Shown piece by piece: positions 1 to 9,074 of a stretch of 50,931 bases of DNA. A program made the translations under genes and the position numbers. The notes below the pieces were generated by a model. It saw only the letters and a program-made list of their open reading frames with translations. It did no database searches and was not told where the DNA came from. Source of the stretch: Deltaproteobacteria bacterium (lineage in GTDB: Bacteria > Myxococcota_A > UBA9160 > SMWR01); the NCBI GenBank assembly GCA_032128115.1, contig JAQBHB010000097.1:1-50931 (forward strand), read 5' to 3'. The stretch's first letter is position 1; each line of letters starts with the position of its first letter.

Positions 1-829
1 CCTCGAGGAACTCGGCCGTGTAGAACAGGCCGAAACGCATCCCCGAGTATTCCATGTGGTAGCCAGCGACGAGCTCCGACTCGCCTTCGGGCGCGTCGAA
101 GGGCGGGCGCTTGTTCTCGGCCATGATGGCCGTCAGGAACATCACGAAACCCAGCGGCTGATAGAAGAGCCCCCAGGCGGGAAGCCGGATCCAATCCAGC
201 CAGACGGGCAGCTGCATGCCGAACAGCAGCGGCAGGAAGCCAAGCAACCGGAAGGTCTGGTCCTGGGCCACTGCCATGTCGGTGAGCTTGAGCGTCTGGA
301 ACACCATGAAGACGCCCACGACCGACAGGCCCATGGTGACCTCGTAGGAGATCATCTGGGCCGATGCACGCAGGCCGCCAAGCATCGACCAGTTGTTGTT
401 GCTGGACCAGCCGGCCATGATCGTGCCGTAGGTGGCGATCGAGCCGATGGCGAAGATGTAGAGCAGGCCCCAGTCCGGGTCGGCCACCACCAGACTCAGG
501 GTCGTGTTGCCAAACACGTAGATGCCGCCGAAGGGAATCACCGCGAACGCGACCACCGCCGGAACCGCGGCGATCACCGGTGCGATCAGGTGCATCACCC
601 GGTTGGCGCCGTCGGGCACCACATCTTCCTTGGTGAGCAGCTTGATCACGTCGGCGAGGGGGTGAAGCAGACCAAGCAAGGTGATGCCCGCCACGTCGGC
701 GCGGTTGGCGCCAATGCGGTCCTGCATGACGGCGCTCTGCTTGCGCTCGACCCAGGTGATGATGGGCGCGAACGCCCCCACCACCACCGCCAGGATGAAC
801 AGCGCCTTGATCACCACCTCGACGGGCAT
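1..829 (-). CDS. nuoH: NADH-quinone oxidoreductase subunit H (partial, runs off the left edge)
   Basis: ATG at 829 abuts the nuoG stop. Translation MPVEVVIKALFILAVVVGAFAPIITWVERKQSAVMQDRIGANR...HPLADVIKLLTKED...GWSSNNNWSMLGGLRASAQMISYEV...ENKRPPFDAPEGESELVAGYH has the ND1/NuoH motifs. Not in the ORF track because it has no stop inside the window. Confidence 0.96.
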   Translation of the reverse strand, partial: MPVEVVIKALFILAVVVGAFAPIITWVERKQSAVMQDRIGANRADVAGITLLGLLHPLADVIKLLTKEDVVPDGANRVMHLIAPVIAAVPAVVAFAVIPFGGIYVFGNTTLSLVVADPDWGLLYIFAIGSIATYGTIMAGWSSNNNWSMLGGLRASAQMISYEVTMGLSVVGVFMVFQTLKLTDMAVAQDQTFRLLGFLPLLFGMQLPVWLDWIRLPAWGLFYQPLGFVMFLTAIMAENKRPPFDAPEGESELVAGYHMEYSGMRFGLFYTAEFLE

Positions 830-2419
830 CTAGGTGCCCTCTCCCGAAAGCGCCCGACCGCCCTCGCCCACCGAGTCCCAGTCGATGCCCCGGAAGGCCG
901 ACTGCACCGAGCCCAGCTCGCGCGACACGGCGCGCGCCTCGAAGCTGCCGTCGAAGCCGGGAAGCCCCAGCGCCTGGCCCAGCCGTGCCAACACCGCGCC
1001 CTCCGGATGCGCCTCCCAGGACGGCTCCACCGCGGGACGGATTCGCTGCACGCGGCCGGCGTGGTTGGTGAGCGTTCCGAACTTCTCGGCTGCGTGGCGC
1101 ACCGGGAAGATCACGTGGGCCACGCGCTGAAGCTCCGACTGGTGGGTGTCCAGGGCGATCACGGTCTCGAGGCCGGCCAGGGCCTCGGAACCACCCAGGT
1201 AGCGCGCGTCCAGCACGTCGTGACCCAGGGTGATGAGCCCCGAAACCTGGCCCTTGCGGATGGCCTCGGCCACCGGGGCGGCGTCTTCGAAACCGAGGGC
1301 CCGGGCGCCGGCCTCATTGGCCGCCTTCTCGGGCTGGATCAAGATGTCGTCGCCGTCGCCGCGCACCACCGCGACGCCCGATCGCTCGACGCCCAGGGCG
1401 TCCAGCAGACGCCGGAACACCAGGAGATCCTCATTGCTGGCGTGAGGCGAAGCCAACCCCGCGAGTGCGCTCGCGCCGGAGCCATCGCGCAGCTTCGCGA
1501 TGCGGGCCGCCGCCTCTTCCAGGGCCGCGGCGAACGACACGGTCTCCAGCTGCCCCGCGTCGTTCCGCACCTGGATGTGCTTCAGGCGGTGGGCGCCACC
1601 GATCTCCGCATAGGTATTGCGGCCGGCGTCGCACAGCCAGGTCTCGTTCACGTCGTCGTTGCGGCGCGGCGTGTAGCGGTAGACCTTGTTGGTGGCCACG
1701 CCCAGGTGGACATTGCAGCCCTTCGAGCAGCCGGTGCACACGCCCGGAACGTCCTCCAGGAACCAGACTCGAACCTTGAAGCGGAAGTCCTTGGTGGTGA
1801 GCGCGCCCACCGGGCAGATGTCCGCCACGTTCATGGAGTAGGCGTTGGAAAGGGGTTGGCCCGGAAAGGTCTCGATCCGCGAGTCGTCGCCGCGCTTCAC
1901 CACCACCAGCTCGCCCGTGCCCGGGATCTCGTCGCAGAAGCGGGTGCAGCGTCGGCACAGGATGCAGCGCTCCTGGTCGAACACGATGGTGGGCCCCAGG
2001 TCCACGTTCTTCTTGAGCGCGCGTCGGGGTTCCCGGCTGCGCGACTCACCCACGCCGTAGTCGTAGGCATAGTCCTGGAGCTTGCACTCACCGGCCTGAT
2101 CGCAGATCGGACAGTCGAGGGGATGGTTCACCAGCAGCAGCTCGAGCACCCCCTCGCGGGCCGACTTCACCCGCTCCGAGTCGGTGCGCACGACCATGCC
2201 GTCTGCGACGTGCGTATTGCAGGCGATCTGCAGCTTCGGCAGGCCCTCCACCTCCACCTGGCAAAGGCGACACGAGCCGTCGATGGAGAGCTTCGGATGC
2301 CAGCAGTAGTGGGGAATGTCCACACCATTCATCAGCAGGCCCGCGTCGTCCAGGGCCTGCAACAGCGTGCGACCGTCGGGAACTTCGATGATGTTTCCGT
2401 CTACCGTGATCTTCGGCAT
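830..2419 (-). CDS. nuoG: NADH-quinone oxidoreductase subunit G (short form, 529 aa)
   Basis: MPKITVDG...IPHYCWHPKLSIDGSCRLC, HPLDCPICDQAGEC, CILCRRC...DICPVGAL, CTGCSKGC...LCD. The start overlaps the nuoF stop (TGATG). Confidence 0.95.
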   Translation of the reverse strand: MPKITVDGNIIEVPDGRTLLQALDDAGLLMNGVDIPHYCWHPKLSIDGSCRLCQVEVEGLPKLQIACNTHVADGMVVRTDSERVKSAREGVLELLLVNHPLDCPICDQAGECKLQDYAYDYGVGESRSREPRRALKKNVDLGPTIVFDQERCILCRRCTRFCDEIPGTGELVVVKRGDDSRIETFPGQPLSNAYSMNVADICPVGALTTKDFRFKVRVWFLEDVPGVCTGCSKGCNVHLGVATNKVYRYTPRRNDDVNETWLCDAGRNTYAEIGGAHRLKHIQVRNDAGQLETVSFAAALEEAAARIAKLRDGSGASALAGLASPHASNEDLLVFRRLLDALGVERSGVAVVRGDGDDILIQPEKAANEAGARALGFEDAAPVAEAIRKGQVSGLITLGHDVLDARYLGGSEALAGLETVIALDTHQSELQRVAHVIFPVRHAAEKFGTLTNHAGRVQRIRPAVEPSWEAHPEGAVLARLGQALGLPGFDGSFEARAVSRELGSVQSAFRGIDWDSVGEGGRALSGEGT

Positions 2420-3714
2420 CAGAGTTCGAAGCTCCCGGAGAAGGGGCATTTCTTGCGGCGGATGTGCTCCTCGAAGTCGCCCCGGAAATGGCGCAACAAG
2501 CCCTGCACGGGCCAGGCCGCCGCGTCGGCGAAGGCACAGATGGTCTGCCCCTCCATTTTTCCGGCCACGTCCAGCAGTGTCTCCAGGTCCTCGGGAACGC
2601 CCGCGCCGCGCTCGATGCGGTTCACGATCTTGTCGAGCCAACCCGTGCCCTCCCGGCACTGGGTGCACTGCCCGCACGACTCGTCGCGGAAGAAGTACGT
2701 GACCACGCTGGCCACGCGCACCATGCAGGTGGTGTCGTCCATCACCATGATGCCGCCGGTTCCCAGCATGGTCTTTCGCTCCCGCAGGAACTCGTTGGCC
2801 ATGGGTACGTCCAGCTGGTCGGCCGGCAGGATTGGCATGGACATGCCGCCGGGGATCACACCCTTGACGGTCCGACCCTCGGGAGGGCCACCGGCGTGCT
2901 CGTAGACGATCTCCCGTAGGGGCGTGCCCAGGGGGAGCTCGTAGAGCCCCGGCCGTGTCACGTGGCCCGACACCCCGAAGATGGTGGTACCGGGGCTCTT
3001 TTCCGTGCCCAGGCTCCGGAACCACTCGGCGCCGCGCGCGAGGATGTGGGGCACGTGAGCAAAGGTTTCCACGTTGTTCACGGTGGTGGGCATGCCGAAG
3101 GCGCCGTACTGGGCGGGGAACGGCGGCTTCTTGCGGGGCTGGCCCTTCTTGCCCTCCAGCGATTCCAACAGCCCGGTCTCCTCACCACAGATGTAGGCGC
3201 CGGCGCCGCGCTGGATCACCACATCGTGATCGAAGCGGCTCTTCATCGCGCGCGCGCCCAGGTATCCCGCCGCGTAGGCTTCGGCGACCGCCCGCTCCAT
3301 CTGGTCGGCCGGGAAGCCGTATTCGCCGCGGATGTAGATGAACGTCGTGCGCGCTCCCATGGCCCACGCGGCGATCAGGATGCCTTCGAGCACCGCATGG
3401 GGGCCGCGCTCCATCAGGATGCGGTCCTTGAACGAGCCCGGCTCCGATTCGTCGGCGTTGCACACCAGGTACTTGGGCTGGTCCGTGTTCTTGGGCATGA
3501 AGCCCCACTTGACGCCCGTCGGGAAGCCCGCGCCCCCGCGCCCCTGGAGCCCGGAATCCTTGACCACCTCGATCACTTCGTCCGGCGACATCTTGGTGAG
3601 TGCGCGGCGCGCGGCCTGGTATCCGCCCAGGCGCTCGTAGCCCTTCAGCGTTCCATAGCTGTCGTCGCCGAAGTGCTCGCTGAGATGACCGGTGACGTAG
3701 GGAACCAGGAGCAA
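2419..3714 (-). CDS. nuoF: NADH-quinone oxidoreductase subunit F
   Basis: SGLQGRGGAGFPTGVKW, CNADESEPGSFKDR, GAGAYICGEETGLLESLEG, ESCGQCTQCREG...TIC. Start is tentative (TTG at 3714 after GAGG). Confidence 0.96.
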   Translation of the reverse strand: MLLVPYVTGHLSEHFGDDSYGTLKGYERLGGYQAARRALTKMSPDEVIEVVKDSGLQGRGGAGFPTGVKWGFMPKNTDQPKYLVCNADESEPGSFKDRILMERGPHAVLEGILIAAWAMGARTTFIYIRGEYGFPADQMERAVAEAYAAGYLGARAMKSRFDHDVVIQRGAGAYICGEETGLLESLEGKKGQPRKKPPFPAQYGAFGMPTTVNNVETFAHVPHILARGAEWFRSLGTEKSPGTTIFGVSGHVTRPGLYELPLGTPLREIVYEHAGGPPEGRTVKGVIPGGMSMPILPADQLDVPMANEFLRERKTMLGTGGIMVMDDTTCMVRVASVVTYFFRDESCGQCTQCREGTGWLDKIVNRIERGAGVPEDLETLLDVAGKMEGQTICAFADAAAWPVQGLLRHFRGDFEEHIRRKKCPFSGSFEL

Positions 3715-3725
3715 GGTGACGGCCT

Positions 3726-4193
3726 CTAGTCCAGGGAATCGAGGATTCTCTTGGCCTTCTCGGCATCGAGATCCTCGTGGTACGTACCGTCCACGCGCAT
3801 CATCGGGGCGTACGCGCAGGCCCCGAGACATTCCTCGTGGCCCAATCCGATGCGCCCGTCGGCGGTGGCCTCTCCCGCCGCGATCCCCAGATGGGACTCG
3901 ACCTGCTTGAGCAGCATGCGGGCGCCCCGCAGGGAGCACGGAAGATTGGTACACACGTAGACGTGATGCCGCGGCTGCGGAGTGTCGTAGAACATGTTGT
4001 AGAAGCTCACGACCTCCATCACCTGGGCCGGCCGGAGTTCGAAGATCTCTGCCAGCTCCCTGGTCGCATCCGGCGAGATGTGCCCCAGCTGTTTCTGAAC
4101 CAGATGCAGCGCCGGAAGCATGGCTCCGCGTTTGACCGGATACCTGGCGATCTCGGCATCGATCCCGCTGCGGGTCTTGGCGCTGATCACCAT
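3726..4193 (-). CDS. nuoE: NADH-quinone oxidoreductase subunit E
   Basis: VVSFYNMFY, VCTNLPCSLRG, ECLGACAYAPMM ([2Fe-2S] N1a ligands). The start overlaps the nuoA stop. Confidence 0.95.
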   Translation of the reverse strand: MVISAKTRSGIDAEIARYPVKRGAMLPALHLVQKQLGHISPDATRELAEIFELRPAQVMEVVSFYNMFYDTPQPRHHVYVCTNLPCSLRGARMLLKQVESHLGIAAGEATADGRIGLGHEECLGACAYAPMMRVDGTYHEDLDAEKAKRILDSLD

Positions 4194-4540
4194 TCGAGGC
4201 CGCCCTTCATCCATTCGTAGAAGAGCCCGACGGCCAGGGGGATCGTGAATACGGCCATGGCGCCGAATCCGAACCAGGACAACTCGGTGAACATGGCGGC
4301 CCAGGGGTAGAAGAAGATGGCCTCCACGTCGAAGACGACGAAGAGAATCGCCACCATGTAGAACTTGACGGCGTAGCGCTGTTTCGGCGAGACGATCTGC
4401 TTCTCACCGCACTCGAAGGGTTCCTGCTTCTCCGCAAACTTCCGGCTCGGCCCCAGCAGCAGGTGAATACCCAGCATGGCGCCGACAAGCACGAATCCCA
4501 GCGCGAGGAACACCAGAACGCCGGCGTACTCCGCGAGCAT
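4187..4540 (-). CDS. nuoA: NADH-quinone oxidoreductase subunit A
   Basis: KQEPFECG, KFYMVAILFVVFDVEAIFFYPWA, YEWMKGGLEW. GGGGAG SD upstream of the ATG at 4540. Confidence 0.96.
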   Translation of the reverse strand: MLAEYAGVLVFLALGFVLVGAMLGIHLLLGPSRKFAEKQEPFECGEKQIVSPKQRYAVKFYMVAILFVVFDVEAIFFYPWAAMFTELSWFGFGAMAVFTIPLAVGLFYEWMKGGLEW

Positions 4541-4552
4541 CGACTGACTCCC

Positions 4553-4579
4553 CAACTGGTGCAACCGGTGCAACTGGTT
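4553..4579. repeat. 3 x 9-bp tandem repeat CAAC(C/T)GGT(G/T) upstream of nuoA
   Basis: caactggtg|caaccggtg|caactggtt read directly from the sequence. Confidence 0.85.
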
Positions 4580-4746
4580 GAACGTCGAATGGTGGCCGGG
4601 CGGGTGGCCCATGGCCCCGGCCCGAAGCGCCCCCGACCCGCCGGCGCGGCAGAACAGGCGAAACTGCCCGTGCCGCCAGGGAAAACCGCGCGGAGGGTAC
4701 CGGCGGGTCCAGAGGGGCGCAAGCGGCGGCTGGTAGACTCGACCCC

Positions 4747-5751
4747 ATGGCGATACGCATCAGCGTAATCGGGGCTGGAAGCTTCGGCACGTGTCTCGCG
4801 CTGCTCTGCGCGCGCGATCACCAGGTGTCGATCTGGGCGCGGGATCCGGAAATCGCCGACGCGATCAACCGCGAACGCCGCAATCCCCGCTACCTGAGCG
4901 ACCTCACGCTGCCCGAGTCGCTACACGCCACCTCGGATCTGGGCGAGGCCCTGGAGGGGGCGGAGCTGGTGATCCTCGCGGTTCCCAGCCACGGCGTTCG
5001 CGATGTGATGGGTCGCGCGTCGAGCCTGCTGCCCGAGGGGGCCATCCTGGTTTCCACGGTGAAGGGCATCGAGGTGGACACCTGCATGCGCATGGACCAG
5101 GTGCTCCAGGATGTGCTCGACCCGATCCACCACCCGCGCCTGGCGTACCTGTCGGGGCCCTCGTTTGCGCGCGAGATCGCCAACGAGCGTCCGACCGCGG
5201 TTACGGTCGCCTGCCACGAGGAGGCCTACGCCATCTCGGTGCAGGAGTCGTTCTCGTGCCCCTGGGTCCGCTGCTACTCGGCCACCGACGTGATCGGCGT
5301 CGAGCTTGGCGGGGCCCTCAAGAACGTGATCGCGCTGGCGGTGGGTCTATGCGATGGACTGGGGCTGGGCGACAACGCCCGTGCGGCGGTCATGACCCGC
5401 GGGCTCCACGAGATCACCCGGCTTGGCGTGGCGCTGGGGGCGAGTCCGATCACGTTTCTCGGTCTCACCGGGATGGGCGACCTGGTGCTGACCTGTACCG
5501 GAGACCTGTCGCGCAACCGGAGCGTGGGGCTCGAGCTGGGCCGAGGCCGCCGCCTGAACGAGATCATCGCGGGCATGAACCAGGTGGCAGAGGGCGTTCG
5601 CACCACCCACGCCGCTTGCGTCCTGGCCGAACGACACGGCATCGAGATGCCCATCTCCCAGACCGTCCGGGCGGTGCTCGATGGGGAGCTTTCGGCGGAA
5701 AGCGTGGTCGAACACATCATGAGCCGCCAGCTGCGCAGTGAATCGGAATAG
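4747..5751 (+). CDS. gpsA: NAD(P)H-dependent glycerol-3-phosphate dehydrogenase
   Basis: GAGSFGT Rossmann motif, LSGPSFAREI, GVELGGALKNVIALA, GMGDLVLTCTGDLSRNR. Confidence 0.96.
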   Translation: MAIRISVIGAGSFGTCLALLCARDHQVSIWARDPEIADAINRERRNPRYLSDLTLPESLHATSDLGEALEGAELVILAVPSHGVRDVMGRASSLLPEGAILVSTVKGIEVDTCMRMDQVLQDVLDPIHHPRLAYLSGPSFAREIANERPTAVTVACHEEAYAISVQESFSCPWVRCYSATDVIGVELGGALKNVIALAVGLCDGLGLGDNARAAVMTRGLHEITRLGVALGASPITFLGLTGMGDLVLTCTGDLSRNRSVGLELGRGRRLNEIIAGMNQVAEGVRTTHAACVLAERHGIEMPISQTVRAVLDGELSAESVVEHIMSRQLRSESE

Positions 5752-5854
5752 CGAGCTCCCGCTTCCATGAGAACATGTTCGCAAATAAAACTGCGATTCC
5801 CCGGCTCGGGCGCGCTCGTTGGCGAGCTCCGGGTCCAGTGCTACCGTGGTTTAC

Positions 5855-5879
5855 GAAATCGAAAATCGTTTTCAATTTC
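5855..5879. promoter_or_regulatory. Putative Fur box upstream of feoA
   Basis: AT-rich imperfect palindrome GAAATCGAAAAT-C-GTTTTCAATTTC (10/12 arm matches) in a GC-rich background, ~50 bp upstream of the feoAB iron-uptake genes. Confidence 0.75.
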
Positions 5880-5926
5880 GCGCCCGCCCCTGGGACCGGC
5901 GCGATGAGTCCGCGACTCCAGATCAC

Positions 5927-6214
5927 ATGCCGGCCTACTCCGTCCACGCCACCCTCTCCAAGCCGGTCGTTCTGGCCGATCTCGAGCCCGGCGCCGCTGG
6001 GATGATCGAGGAGGTCGACGCCTCGGGGCCCGAGGGCCAACGCCTGCTCGACCTGGGCTTCCTGCCCCGCACCTGGATCCGGATGGTGCGGCGCGCTCCC
6101 CTGGGCGACCCCATCGAGTTCGAGCTGCGCGGCTATCGCATGTGCCTGCGTCGCAGCGAGGCAGCGCGTGTGCACGTGCAGCGCTCGCCCGGGGGACCGG
6201 CCAACACTCGATGA
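5927..6214 (+). CDS. feoA: Ferrous iron transport protein A
   Basis: QRLLDLGFLP...RRAPLGDPIEFELRGYRMCLRRSEA is the FeoA SH3-like signature. The stop overlaps the feoB ATG. Confidence 0.93.
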   Translation: MPAYSVHATLSKPVVLADLEPGAAGMIEEVDASGPEGQRLLDLGFLPRTWIRMVRRAPLGDPIEFELRGYRMCLRRSEAARVHVQRSPGGPANTR

Positions 6215-8100
6215 GCGGGGCCGTCCTTGGCGCACCCCTCCGCCTGGGCCTGCTGGGAAGTCCCAACTCCGGCAAGACCACGCTTTTCAATGCACTGACC
6301 GGCATGCGCGCCCGGGTGGGCAACTACCCGGGGGTCACCGTGGAGCGTCGCGAGGGCGCGATCAGGATCGGCGACCGGCGCCTGGTGGTGGTGGATCTCC
6401 CCGGCACCTACAGCCTTCGCGCCATCAGCCTGGACGAAGCGGTGGTTGCGCGCGTCCTGGACGGCGACCTGGGCGAGGCGCCCCGAGCCCTGGTGGTGGT
6501 GGCCGACGCCTGCTCGCTCGCCCGGTCGCTCCTGTTCGTGGGCCAGGTGCTCGATCGGGAAACGCCCACCTGCCTGGTGCTCACCATGATGGACGAGCTT
6601 CGCGCCCGGGGTGGTGAAATCGACCTGCCGCGTCTGGAACGCGCCCTGGGCATTCCGGTGCGTGCGGTCGTGGGCCACCGGGGCCTGGGCCTGGATTCGC
6701 TGCGCAGGCTGCTGGCTCGACCCGAGGACTGGGACCGCCCCCCGGTGCTGCCACCCAGCGGGGTCGAAAATCGCGCCGCCTGGGTCGATTCGATCGTGGA
6801 CAACGTGATCACGCGTCGCCCCGGAGCGAATCGCAGCACCGACGCAATCGATCGCATCGTGCTGCACCCGGTGGCGGGCACGGCGCTCTTCGCTGCGGTG
6901 ATGGTGGTGTTCTTTCAGCTGATCTTCGCCCTGGCGACGCCGGCCATGGACGCCATCGACACCGGCGTGGAAGTAACGGCTGGTTTCGTGCACACAGCGC
7001 TCCCGCCGGGGCTGCTGGCCGATTTCCTAGCGGACGGACTGATCGCCGGGGTCGGGGCGGTCGTGATCTTCCTTCCGCAGATCGTGCTGTTGTTCGGGCT
7101 GCTCTACCTGCTGGAAGACCTGGGCTATATGGCGCGGGCGGCCTTCGTGGTGGACCGGGTGATGGGACGAGTCGGCCTCGAGGGGCGTTGCTTCGTGTCG
7201 CTCTTGTCTTCGTACGCCTGCGCGGTGCCCGGCATCATGGCCACGCGAACGATACCGTCTCCTCGCAATCGGCTGGTCACCATGCTGGTGGCGCCGCTGA
7301 TGACGTGCTCGGCCCGCCTGCCGGTCTACGCCCTGCTGATCGGCGCCTTCGTCCCGGCCACGAGCGTGGGCTTCCTGGGACTGCAGGGCCTGGTGCTGCT
7401 TGGCCTGTACCTGTTGGGGGCCGTGGCCGCATTGATCGCAGCGGCGGTTCTCAAGCGCACCCTGCCGGGGGACGAGTCGCTCCCCTTCTACATGGAGATT
7501 CCCCCCTACCGGATGCCAACCTTCCGACTGTGGACTTCCCAGGTGGCGGGCTCAGCGTGGGCGTTCCTGCGCCGGGCGGGAACCATCATCCTGGGCGTCG
7601 CGCTGGTGCTGTGGGTGTTGCTCACCTTCCCGCGCGCCGAAGCTCCGCCCGGGCTCGACGCGCAGCAGGCGGCGCGCTTCTCACTCGAACACAGCCTGGC
7701 GGGCCGCGCGGGACATGCCATCGAGCCGGCGATCGCTCCCCTGGGCTTCGATTGGAAGATCGGGGTGGGGCTGCTCGCGAGCCTGGCCGCCCGCGAGGTG
7801 ATCGTCGCCACCCTGGCCCAGATCTATGCAGTTACCGACGATGGGGTCTCCTTGCGCGAGGCCATCCGCAGCGACGTCGATCCGCACACCGGGCGACCGG
7901 TCTTCAGCGACGCCACGGTGGCGTCGCTTCTGGTGTTCTTCGTGTTCGCATTGCAGTGCATGTCGACGTTGGCCGTGCTGCGACGCGAGACCAACTCGTG
8001 GCGCTGGCCGGCCTTCGCCTTCGGCTACCTGCTGGTGCTGGCCTATGGCGCGAGCTTCGCGACCTATCGTGCGGTGCTGGCGTTCGGTTCCGGCACGTGA
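6211..8100 (+). CDS. feoB: Ferrous iron transporter B
   Basis: GSPNSGKT, VGNYPGVTVE, DLPGTYSL, LEDLGYMARAAF, ACAVPGIMATR, TCSARLPVY. Confidence 0.96.
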   Translation: MSGAVLGAPLRLGLLGSPNSGKTTLFNALTGMRARVGNYPGVTVERREGAIRIGDRRLVVVDLPGTYSLRAISLDEAVVARVLDGDLGEAPRALVVVADACSLARSLLFVGQVLDRETPTCLVLTMMDELRARGGEIDLPRLERALGIPVRAVVGHRGLGLDSLRRLLARPEDWDRPPVLPPSGVENRAAWVDSIVDNVITRRPGANRSTDAIDRIVLHPVAGTALFAAVMVVFFQLIFALATPAMDAIDTGVEVTAGFVHTALPPGLLADFLADGLIAGVGAVVIFLPQIVLLFGLLYLLEDLGYMARAAFVVDRVMGRVGLEGRCFVSLLSSYACAVPGIMATRTIPSPRNRLVTMLVAPLMTCSARLPVYALLIGAFVPATSVGFLGLQGLVLLGLYLLGAVAALIAAAVLKRTLPGDESLPFYMEIPPYRMPTFRLWTSQVAGSAWAFLRRAGTIILGVALVLWVLLTFPRAEAPPGLDAQQAARFSLEHSLAGRAGHAIEPAIAPLGFDWKIGVGLLASLAAREVIVATLAQIYAVTDDGVSLREAIRSDVDPHTGRPVFSDATVASLLVFFVFALQCMSTLAVLRRETNSWRWPAFAFGYLLVLAYGASFATYRAVLAFGSGT

Positions 8101-8957
8101 GAAGACTCGCCGTGGCACTGCTGCTCGTGCTGGCCTGCAGCGGCTGCCTCACGCGCACGCTGCGCACTCCCGTGATCGAAGACCGCGGTCTCGAGATCTT
8201 CCTGCGCGGCCAGAAGAAGGGCGGACAGGCGATCGATCGCGGCTTCGAACATCCGGCCGCCATCGCGCCGGTTCGGATGGCCCACATCCTCTCGCGCGTG
8301 GACGTGCAGATCGACAAGAAGAAGGCCCCGGAGCGCGCGCCGGCAATTCCCACCGACAGCCTCTTCGTCATCGCGGAGGGCGTTTCGAAGGCACTGTCCG
8401 CTGCCGATTCCAGCCAGGAAGTCGTCGTAATGCTGGTGCGCCGCGAGAAGCGCTTCGTGCTCTTCGACCACTACTACCTGACGAGCTTTCTCACGTACGT
8501 TCGGGGCGACCGACTCTTTCTCCACTTCTCGCGGATCGACTGGGAGGTGCCTCCGAGCCGCGAGAAGAAGCGGCTGCCAGAGCCCCAAGAGGGGAAGAAG
8601 CAGATGAGGTTCAACGTCCACGCCGGGAATTCCATGATGGCACTGGATTCCCAGAGCCTGATGGTCGACTGGCGCGACGACGTATTCAAACGCCCGACGG
8701 CCATGCAGACACTTCCGGGCGGCCGCGTGGTGCGGCGTACGATCCTGATGGAGAGCGTGCCCGAGGGCGAGAACGAGGATGATTCCGAAAACGGGGATCC
8801 GGCCAGCCGAGAAGAGCCGGCACCCGAAGACCTGACGCCGAAGACCCTGCGCGACCTGGCCGACCTGGCGGAGCAGCGAGCCCAGGGTGTGATCTCGGAG
8901 GGCGAATTCGAGGCACGGCGGCGCCAGATCCTGAGCGCCGACCCGGGCGCGAACTGA
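8097..8957 (+). CDS. Putative lipoprotein with C-terminal SHOCT domain
   Basis: GTG overlaps the feoB stop. Signal MRRLAVALLLVLACSG-C is lipobox-like. C-terminus LRDLADLAEQRAQGVISEGEFEARRRQIL is SHOCT-like. Confidence 0.75.
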   Translation: MRRLAVALLLVLACSGCLTRTLRTPVIEDRGLEIFLRGQKKGGQAIDRGFEHPAAIAPVRMAHILSRVDVQIDKKKAPERAPAIPTDSLFVIAEGVSKALSAADSSQEVVVMLVRREKRFVLFDHYYLTSFLTYVRGDRLFLHFSRIDWEVPPSREKKRLPEPQEGKKQMRFNVHAGNSMMALDSQSLMVDWRDDVFKRPTAMQTLPGGRVVRRTILMESVPEGENEDDSENGDPASREEPAPEDLTPKTLRDLADLAEQRAQGVISEGEFEARRRQILSADPGAN

Positions 8958-9074
8958 CGAGCCCCGACTCCGAACCCCACCCTCTCGTGCATCTGGGCCC
9001 GAGTTGCGCTCGAAAGTGCGGGCTCGCAGCGGCTCGGCCGCGGGTTAGAATCGGCGCCCACATCGGAGACCCCC

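Noticed and set aside
56..2905. 949-aa + strand ORF
   Set aside because: Antisense shadow of nuoF/G/H. No motifs, and typical of high-GC codon bias.
5771..5780. GAACATGTTC as a LexA (GAAC-N4-GTTC) box
   Set aside because: The spacer is 2 nt rather than 4. Kept only as an unassigned palindrome.
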